64,000 nucleotides of DNA. Origin: Auanema rhodensis (lineage: Eukaryota; Animalia; Nematoda). Positions within the stretch are counted from its first letter, which is position 1; each line of letters begins with the position of its first letter. This document shows positions 1-7,787 of the stretch, piece by piece. Both the position numbers and the translations under genes were made by a program. Where the stretch lies: contig OZ059899.1 of assembly GCA_964057225.1 (NCBI GenBank), positions 3,224,001-3,288,000 on the forward strand. Direction: 5' to 3'. A model generated the notes under the pieces. The model was not told the origin of the DNA and did not search any database. It was given only the letters and a program-made list of their open reading frames with translations.

Positions 1-1230
1 ACTAGTCTCTATTGTCTCAAGTACTTGTAATGCACAAGTACATTCTCTGAGTACCTCATACAAAACTTGAGCTCTTGTGAACGATAACTTTGACATAGAC
101 AATCCGGGGTAAGCCTTCCTAGAAGTTTCTTCTAGTTTCTTACAAAAGCTTATTAGATTGCTATTGTTGTCAAACTTCAAAGATTTAAGAGCAGCTATGG
201 CATCTAACCTACTTGCTCTCTTAGAATACTCATGTTGCTTATTCAGTTCCTCTATTATTTTGTCGAGCGAACTGTTTCTGATTATTTCAGGCAACTCATC
301 ATACCTATCTCTCGCCTCTCCTCTTAATTTTTCTACAAACAGCGTTCTGCGGCCGCTTGCCGACAACGTGCTTTTTGGGTATTTCAGGTGAAACCCTTCT
401 ACAAAATAGTTCCATTTCTCGAACGACCCACTAGAAAAATCTGGAACATCAGGCAGCAATTGCGCTCGCATTATGTCCAAAAACGCTTCATTCTGCGCGC
501 TGAGTCCATTTAAAGGCAAAGATGACTCACCCTTGGAGTCTAATCCCTCTTTTTTCTGTTCCTGTTGAACATCCGTCAACCATTTCTGAGTTGTTCTTAA
601 CTCCTTCTGTCGATGCAACTGTAAAATATATTCAATTTCAGAATTTTCCTCTTCTATTTTACCTGCTGCTTTGTCATCAATCATCATATCCGCCATAGCT
701 AATTGCGCTTGGCTCTCGATAGCTGCTGATCTCTGCAAATTAAAACTATTAAATATTTCATGCTTCAAAGATTTCTTATCACATTTAAAAAAATCGCATA
801 AATCTTTCATAGTACTATTAATGGCCCTCATCTCGTCCACTATCTCACTTTCATTGAGTTGGAAAATCTCACAAATGAATTTAGTTGTTTCCGCTCGTTT
901 ATCAGCTAACTTCAGAGTATTACCCAACTCTGAAGGCTTTTTGAGCCCACTCTTGTTCATTACTGTAATAATGGACTGGATAAATCTCCAATTTTGCCCT
1001 TTTCGCAATTCACTAGCTAAATTTTGCTTCATTGAGTTTATCAAATTAGCAACTTTCTGCTCTGCTCTCCTTTTCTCAGCAGAATTTCTGATTTTTTCCG
1101 TAAAATCTTTACGTAAACAATCATTCAACGGCTCAATAGCCGATAATATTTCAGAGATGAATGAATTCAACATTACCTCTTCGAATGCACTCTCGAAGTC
1201 CATATCGAGCAATTCATTCACAAATGACAT
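1..1230 (-). CDS. gag: Gag-protease polyprotein, N-terminal part (runs off the window edge)
   Basis: Same frame as the 773-aa ORF of copies 2-4, ATG at 1230, no stop seen. Differences in 773-aa numbering: K49E (1098), silent F152 (787), H279Y (408), S355L (179). Confidence 0.85.
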   Translation of the reverse strand, partial: MSFVNELLDMDFESAFEEVMLNSFISEILSAIEPLNDCLRKDFTEKIRNSAEKRRAEQKVANLINSMKQNLASELRKGQNWRFIQSIITVMNKSGLKKPSELGNTLKLADKRAETTKFICEIFQLNESEIVDEMRAINSTMKDLCDFFKCDKKSLKHEIFNSFNLQRSAAIESQAQLAMADMMIDDKAAGKIEEENSEIEYILQLHRQKELRTTQKWLTDVQQEQKKEGLDSKGESSLPLNGLSAQNEAFLDIMRAQLLPDVPDFSSGSFEKWNYFVEGFHLKYPKSTLSASGRRTLFVEKLRGEARDRYDELPEIIRNSSLDKIIEELNKQHEYSKRASRLDAIAALKSLKFDNNSNLISFCKKLEETSRKAYPGLSMSKLSFTRAQVLYEVLRECTCALQVLETIETS

Positions 1231-1644
1231 TTCACCTATCAATGAAAAAAATTACTAGAAGTTTCCTCTACTAATTTATTGCTATTTGAAAGAATCAAAC
1301 AAGCACTTATATCAAGAAAATGGAATTTACTTGATATTAGTTACTACTACCCAAGTTCTGAATGTAGTTCACAGCGGAAGAAATCAGAAAAAGTGTTTAA
1401 AAGAAAACACTTCAACCAAAAACAACCGTACAACAATAAACCAAGAGACACTGTTGTTACCAACACTGTCAAATGATAATTGTTCTGTAAACTTCACTTT
1501 TATTCGGCAAATACCAAACAAAATTGAATGAATACAAACAGAACCCTATTCAGGTAGCAGTGACTTTTTCACCAAACTCTATTCGAGCTTTCAAACAGGG
1601 TTATATGAGCAATTAGCTCAACCCAAACAATAAAATAGTGAAGA

Positions 1645-1659
1645 CCGGTTCGGCCCCCA
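1645..1659 (-). other. Primer-binding site, tRNA-Pro (copy 1)
   Basis: Minus strand TGGGGGCCGAACCGG directly abuts the 5' LTR. It is the complement of CCGGTTCGGCCC+CCA, the 3' end of nematode tRNA-Pro as I recall it; a TGGGGGC start is the classic tRNA-Pro PBS (cf. MLV). Confidence 0.88.
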
Positions 1660-2038
1660 AATCAAAGAACGAAAAATAAAAAGAAAAAGATTTATTTAAA
1701 AAAACAAAAAAAAAATACAAAAAAATTCAAGAGAAAATTCCAAACTGAAAAAAATATAAAAAAATTCCTTATCACAATAATTTTAGGACAAAAACAACTA
1801 AATATTGTTTTAATCAGATTACGGTAGTTGATTATCAACAGTTCACTGTTTACCAACAATCTCTAAATGGAGCGCGATTACTATGGATTGTTTTATCAAT
1901 GGGTCATTTTATTCAAATTATTCATTTTATTTAATTTTTTCATGAATAATTGTTATCTTAATATTTTATATAAATTATATTATATATTTATCTTCATTTA
2001 TACTATTCATTTTAGTATCTATAGCCATATTCTTGACA
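1660..2038 (-). repeat. 5' LTR of copy 1 (379 bp)
   Basis: Direct repeat of 4150-4528. Minus strand TGTCAAGA...CTTTGATT; G at 1901. Confidence 0.93.
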
Positions 2039-4149
2039 AAATGTTTTTGGAAGCAATGTTGAGTGTACATGGAAACTCAACATACACTAATGCATCATTT
2101 TTCAAACGATCATAACTAATTTTTGTATTAAGCGTTTCTCAATGTAATATAGTGCATTCGATGCGGATTTTTAAGCTGCGTCGATCTGTGTTATCAGATT
2201 TGCGCTAGCTTAAAAATACACCGAGATATCAACTGATATAAGTTCACACTTATATCCTCGATTTTCACCCTGAAAAAATAATTTTTTCGTTGAATAACAT
2301 TGTCCATCGTCTTTGCCTTGAAAAATGGAATCTAAAAACATCTACTTTTTGCTAAATTATTTTGAAATTTTTCGAAAAAATTTTTGTCAAAATGTTTTTG
2401 GAAGCAATGTTGAGTGTACATGGAAACTCAACATACACTAATGCATCATTTTTCAAACGATCATAACTAATTTTTGTATTAAGCGTTTCTCAATGTAGTA
2501 TAGTGCATTCGATGCGGATTTTTAAGCTGCGTCGATCTGTGTTATCAGATTCGCGCTAGCTTAAAAATGCACCGAGATATCAACTGATATAAGTTCACAC
2601 TTATATCCTCGATTTTCACCCTGAAGAAATAATTTTTTCGTTGAATAACATTGTCCATCGTCTTTGCCTTGAAAAATGGAATCTAAAAACATCTACTTTT
2701 TGCTAAATTATTTTGAAATTTTTCGAAAAAATTTTTGTCAAAATGTTTTTGGAAGCAATGTTGAGTGTACATGGAAACTCAACATACACTAATGCATCAT
2801 TTTTCAAACGATCATAACTAATTTTTGTATTAAGCGTTTCTCAATGTAGTATAGTGCATTCGATGCGGATTTTTAAGCTGCGTCGATCTGTGTTATCAGA
2901 TTTGCGCTAGCTTAGAAATGCACCGAGATATCAACTGATATAAGTTCACACTTATATCCTCGATTTTCACCCTGAAGAATTAATTTTTTCGTTGAATAAC
3001 ATTGTCCATCGTCTTTGCCTTGAAAAATGGAATCTTAAAACATCTACTTTTTGCTAAATTATTTTGAAATTTTTCGAAAAAATTTTTGTCAAAATGTTTT
3101 TGGAAGCAATGTTGAGTGTACATGGAAACTCAACATACACTAATGCATCATTTTTCAAACGATCATAACTAATTTTTGTATTAAGCGTTTCTCAATGTAG
3201 TATAGTGCATTCGATGCGGATTTTTAAGCTGCGTCGATCTGTGTTATCAGATTTGCGCAAGCTTAAAAATGCACCGAGATATCAACTGATATAAGTTCAC
3301 ACTTATATCCTCGATTTTCACCCTGAAGAATTAATTTTTTCGTTGAATAACATTGTCCATCGTCTTTGCCTTGAAAAAAGAAATCTAAAAACATCTACTT
3401 TTTGCTAAATTATTTTGAAATTTTTCGAAAAAATTTTTGTCAAAATGTTTTTGGAAGCAATGTTGAGTGTACATGGAAACTCAACATACACTAATGCATC
3501 ATTTTTCAAACGATCATAACTAATTTTTGTATTAAGCGTTTCTCAATGTAGTATAGTGCATTCGATGCGGATTTTTAAGCTGCGTCGATCTGTGTTATCA
3601 GATTTGCGCTAGCTTAAAAATGCACCGAGATATCAACTGATATAAGTTCGCACATATATACCCGATTTTCACCCTGAAGAATTAATTTTTTCGTTGAATA
3701 ACATTGTCCATCGTCTTTGAATTGAAAAATGAAATCTTAAAACATCTACTTTTTGCTAAATTATTTTGAAATTTTTCGAAAAAATTTTTGTCAAAATGTT
3801 TTTGGAAGCAATGTTGAGTGTACATGGAAACTCAACATACACTAATGCATCATTTTTCAAACGATCATAACTAATTTTTGTATCAAGTGTTTCTCAATGT
3901 AGTATAGTGCATTCGATGCGGATTTTTAAGCTGCGTCGATCTGTGTTATCAGATTTGCGCTAGCTTAAAAATGCACCGAGATATCAACTGATATAAGTTC
4001 ACACTTATATCCTCGATTTTCACCCTGAAGAATTAATTTTTTCGTTGAATAACATTGTCCATCGTCTTTGCCTTGAAAAATGGAATCTAAAAACATCTAC
4101 TTTTTGCTAAATTATTTTGAAATTTTTCGAAAAAATTTTTGTCAAAATG
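2039..4149. repeat. 351-bp satellite spacer, 6 monomers plus 5-bp TSD
   Basis: 2111 bp = 6x351+5; starts and ends with AAATG. Confidence 0.97.
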
Positions 4150-4528
4150 AATCAAAGAACGAAAAATAAAAAGAAAAAGATTTATTTAAAAAAACAAAAA
4201 AAAAATACAAAAAAATTCAAGAGAAAATTCCAAACTGAAAAAAATATAAAAAAATTCCTTATCACAATAATTTTAGGACAAAAACAACTAAATATTGTTT
4301 TAATCAGATTACGGTAGTTGATTATCAACAGTTCACTGTTTACCAACAATCTCTAAATGGAGCGCGATTACTATGGATTGTTTTATCAATTGGTCATTTT
4401 ATTCAAATTATTCATTTTATTTAATTTTTTCATGAATAATTGTTATCTTAATATTTTATATAAATTATATTATATATTTATCTTCATTTATACTATTCAT
4501 TTTAGTATCTATAGCCATATTCTTGACA
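4150..4528 (-). repeat. 3' LTR of copy 2 (379 bp)
   Basis: Direct repeat, preceded on the minus strand by the PPT; T at 4391. Confidence 0.93.
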
Positions 4529-4541
4529 TCCCCGGCCTCTC
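4529..4541 (-). other. Polypurine tract (copy 2)
   Basis: Minus strand GAGAGGCCGGGGA immediately before the TG of the 3' LTR (11/13 purines). Confidence 0.75.
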
Positions 4542-4669
4542 AAATTTCTCGTCCCGAGAAAAAATAATTCTTATTACTATTTATTCAATAGTTTAACAGT
4601 TTCATTAAAAACAACAATAAAAATAAACATTCACAACATACATGAGAAAATTTAAATTTCAACAAGAAA

Positions 4670-6979
4670 TTAGTTATGGTGCTGTTTTTTAAACTGTTGT
4701 TGAGGCTTATGGGTTTTGTGCATCTCATTCAGTGCAGTCAGCTTTTCAGTCCAATTCTCGGACTCCCATTTACCGACAATCTCTCCTTTCTTTATCGTGG
4801 TTGGCTGGCATGTCATGTTAGCCACAATCACTGTAGTGGAACTATTGGTGTCCACTTTACATATTCCCGTGGGTATATCACTCCTATGGGATACCAGTAA
4901 GCTATCTTTCTGCTCGTCACATGAGATTTGTAGCGTTCTACTTTTATTCGCAGGTATATAAACTCTCTGTAAGGCTATGGCCTCTTTTCTATAAAACTTC
5001 AAAGATATGCCCAAATCTTTCAGGGCATTCGTACCAATAAGTATAGAATCATCTCTACTTTTTCTCACCAAAAAACATACTTGTGCAGTTTTTTTACTTT
5101 CTGAGCAATAAACTTCACAGCTTATTGCTCCAACAAAATTCATTCGCGTACCCGAGGCATTTGCTATGAACTTATCTCCATTCCAAGGAAGTTGAGTTAC
5201 ACTTCTATTTAAGTCAACCCCTTCATTCATCAAATTAACTAGAGCTTGTGACGACATCACTGATATTTGCGATCCCGTGTCAATAAGAACTTTTTTATTT
5301 CTCATGCTGCAGATTAACATAGGTAGTAAACTCTGCTCACCAATCAATTTTGCATCATAGCTATTGTTGCATGTTTTGATAGTTTTGTTCCATGCAACAG
5401 CTTGCTCATTCATAACAGAACCCATATTGTTCTGTTCTTGTTCAATTCTTTTAGAATTGTCTGATGGTCGTTTTCTTTCAGCACAATGTGTTGCTATATG
5501 ACCACTTCTGTTACATATGTAACAAATAACTTCTTTTCTCTGTGGAAAATTACGAACCTTTTCAGTTACGTAACTGTCACGATTGGTCATGTGTTGACCA
5601 CTAGCAGTATTATTCTGCTTCAAAAATCTCAGCCTGGGCAGGTTTACTTCAGGTATTCTGTCCTTTCTATGCTGATTGTAGTGAATGCGCTTATTTCTTT
5701 CACAACGTAAAGCGACCTCTTTCACCTTCTCATACACCTCCCCTTCTTCACTAGTCTCTATTGTCTCAAGTACTTGTAATGCACAAGTACATTCTCTGAG
5801 TACCTCATACAAAACTTGAGCTCTTGTGAACGATAACTTTGACATAGACAATCCGGGGTAAGCCTTCCTAGAAGTTTCTTCTAGTTTCTTACAAAAGCTT
5901 ATTAGATTGCTATTGTTGTCAAACTTCGAAGATTTAAGAGCAGCTATGGCATCTAACCTACTTGCTCTCTTAGAATACTCATGTTGCTTATTCAGTTCCT
6001 CTATTATTTTGTCGAGCGAACTGTTTCTGATTATTTCAGGCAACTCATCATACCTATCTCTCGCCTCTCCTCTTAATTTTTCTACAAACAGCGTTCTGCG
6101 GCCGCTTGCCGACAACGTGCTTTTTGGGTATTTCAGGTGAAACCCTTCTACAAAATGGTTCCATTTCTCGAACGACCCACTAGAAAAATCTGGAACATCA
6201 GGCAGCAATTGCGCTCGCATTATGTCCAAAAACGCTTCATTCTGCGCGCTGAGTCCATTTAAAGGCAAAGATGACTCACCCTTGGAGTCTAATCCCTCTT
6301 TTTTCTGTTCCTGTTGAACATCCGTCAACCATTTCTGAGTTGTTCTTAACTCCTTCTGTCGATGCAACTGTAAAATATATTCAATTTCAGAATTTTCCTC
6401 TTCTATTTTACCTGCTGCTTTGTCATCAATCATCATATCCGCCATAGCTAATTGCGCTTGGCTCTCGATAGCTGCTGATCTCTGCAAATTAAAACTATTA
6501 AATATTTCATGCTTCAAAGATTTCTTATCACATTTGAAAAAATCGCATAAATCTTTCATAGTACTATTAATGGCCCTCATCTCGTCCACTATCTCACTTT
6601 CATTGAGTTGGAAAATCTCACAAATGAATTTAGTTGTTTCCGCTCGTTTATCAGCTAACTTCAGAGTATTACCCAACTCTGAAGGCTTTTTGAGCCCACT
6701 CTTGTTCATTACTGTAATAATGGACTGGATAAATCTCCAATTTTGCCCTTTTCGCAATTCACTAGCTAAATTTTGCTTCATTGAGTTTATCAAATTAGCA
6801 ACTTTCTGCTCTGCTCTCCTTTTCTCAGCAGAATTTCTGATTTTTTTCGTAAAATCTTTACGTAAACAATCATTCAACGGCTCAATAGCCGATAATATTT
6901 CAGAGATGAATGAATTCAACATTACCTCTTCGAATGCACTCTCGAAGTCCATATCGAGCAATTCATTCACAAATGACAT
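4670..6979 (-). CDS. gag: Gag-protease polyprotein (769 aa from ATG 6979; ORF track starts at TTG 6991, 773 aa)
   Basis: Capsid-like block PDFSSGSFEKWNHFVEGF...LRGEARDRY. CCHC zinc knuckle CYICNRSGHIATHC (5483-5524). Retropepsin active site LIDTGSQIS (DTG 5273-5281) with ILIGTNAL. Stop at 4670; no RT YxDD, RNase H or integrase. Confidence 0.93.
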   Translation of the reverse strand: MSFVNELLDMDFESAFEEVMLNSFISEILSAIEPLNDCLRKDFTKKIRNSAEKRRAEQKVANLINSMKQNLASELRKGQNWRFIQSIITVMNKSGLKKPSELGNTLKLADKRAETTKFICEIFQLNESEIVDEMRAINSTMKDLCDFFKCDKKSLKHEIFNSFNLQRSAAIESQAQLAMADMMIDDKAAGKIEEENSEIEYILQLHRQKELRTTQKWLTDVQQEQKKEGLDSKGESSLPLNGLSAQNEAFLDIMRAQLLPDVPDFSSGSFEKWNHFVEGFHLKYPKSTLSASGRRTLFVEKLRGEARDRYDELPEIIRNSSLDKIIEELNKQHEYSKRASRLDAIAALKSSKFDNNSNLISFCKKLEETSRKAYPGLSMSKLSFTRAQVLYEVLRECTCALQVLETIETSEEGEVYEKVKEVALRCERNKRIHYNQHRKDRIPEVNLPRLRFLKQNNTASGQHMTNRDSYVTEKVRNFPQRKEVICYICNRSGHIATHCAERKRPSDNSKRIEQEQNNMGSVMNEQAVAWNKTIKTCNNSYDAKLIGEQSLLPMLICSMRNKKVLIDTGSQISVMSSQALVNLMNEGVDLNRSVTQLPWNGDKFIANASGTRMNFVGAISCEVYCSESKKTAQVCFLVRKSRDDSILIGTNALKDLGISLKFYRKEAIALQRVYIPANKSRTLQISCDEQKDSLLVSHRSDIPTGICKVDTNSSTTVIVANMTCQPTTIKKGEIVGKWESENWTEKLTALNEMHKTHKPQQQFKKQHHN

Positions 6980-7393
6980 TTCACCTATCAATGAAAAAAA
7001 TTACTAGAAGTTTCCTCTACTAATTTATTGCTATTTGAAAGAATCAAACAAGCACTTATATCAAGAAAATGGAATTTACTTGATATTAGTTACTACTACC
7101 CAAGTTCTGAATGTAGTTCACAGCGGAAGAAATCAGAAAAAGTGTTTAAAAGAAAACACTTCAACCAAAAACAACCGTACAACAATAAACCAAGAGACAC
7201 TGTTGTTACCAACACTGTCAAATGATAATTGTTCTGTAAACTTCACTTTTATTCGGCAAATACCAAACAAAATTGAATGAATACAAACAGAACCCTATTC
7301 AGGTAGCAGTGACTTTTTCACCAAACTCTATTCGAGCTTTCAAACAGGGTTATATGAGCAATTAGCTCAACCCAAACAATAAAATAGTGAAGA

Positions 7394-7408
7394 CCGGTTC
7401 GGCCCCCA
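7394..7408 (-). other. Primer-binding site, tRNA-Pro (copy 2)
   Basis: TGGGGGCCGAACCGG adjacent to the 5' LTR. Confidence 0.88.
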
Positions 7409-7787
7409 AATCAAAGAACGAAAAATAAAAAGAAAAAGATTTATTTAAAAAAACAAAAAAAAAATACAAAAAAATTCAAGAGAAAATTCCAAACTGAAAA
7501 AAATATAAAAAAATTCCTTATCACAATAATTTTAGGACAAAAACAACTAAATATTGTTTTAATCAGATTACGGTAGTTGATTATCAACAGTTCACTGTTT
7601 ACCAACAATCTCTAAATGGAGCGCGATTACTATGGATTGTTTTATCAATGGGTCATTTTATTCAAATTATTCATTTTATTTAATTTTTTCATGAATAATT
7701 GTTATCTTAATATTTTATATAAATTATATTATATATTTATCTTCATTTATACTATTCATTTTAGTATCTATAGCCATATTCTTGACA
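7409..7787 (-). repeat. 5' LTR of copy 2 (379 bp)
   Basis: Direct repeat; G at 7650. Confidence 0.93.

Larger units (their letters stand above)
1..2038 (-). mobile_element. Ty3/gypsy-like gag-protease-only LTR retroelement, copy 1 (3' part lies outside the window)
   Basis: Same sequence as copy 2 at offset 5749 except 4 substitutions. Contains the 5' half of the gag ORF, 5' UTR, PBS and 5' LTR, followed by AAATG (2039-2043) and satellite. Confidence 0.93.
4150..7787 (-). mobile_element. Complete non-autonomous Ty3/gypsy-like LTR retroelement (gag-pro only), copy 2, 3638 bp
   Basis: LTRs 4150-4528 and 7409-7787, PBS, PPT, single ORF. Flanked by AAATG at 4145-4149 and 7788-7792; the empty satellite site reads GTCA-AAATG-TTTTTGG. 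Confidence 0.95.

Noticed and set aside
1645-1659. tRNA gene
   Set aside because: Only the 15-nt 3' end including CCA is present; this is the PBS.
1828-1846. LTR-satellite homology (TATCAAC...AGTTCAC in both)
   Set aside because: Two 7-mers with different spacing in AT-rich DNA are compatible with chance.
1279-2115. 65-82-aa ORFs in the 5' UTR, LTRs and LTR-satellite junctions (also 4117-4596 and equivalents)
   Set aside because: Low-complexity translations of AT-rich non-coding sequence that cross element boundaries.
4148-4149. Canonical TG...CA LTR with a 3-bp TSD
   Set aside because: These two bases match the satellite target (AAATG) and are missing from every 5' LTR.
4542-4669. Frameshifted or read-through pol/env downstream of the ORF
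   Set aside because: Only about 130 AT-rich bases separate the stop from the PPT, with no coding remnant recognisable.
6420-7007. 195-aa plus-strand ORF and other short plus-strand ORFs overlapping gag (all copies)
   Set aside because: Antisense shadows of the gag frame with S/L/F/I-rich composition and no motifs; several begin at non-ATG codons.
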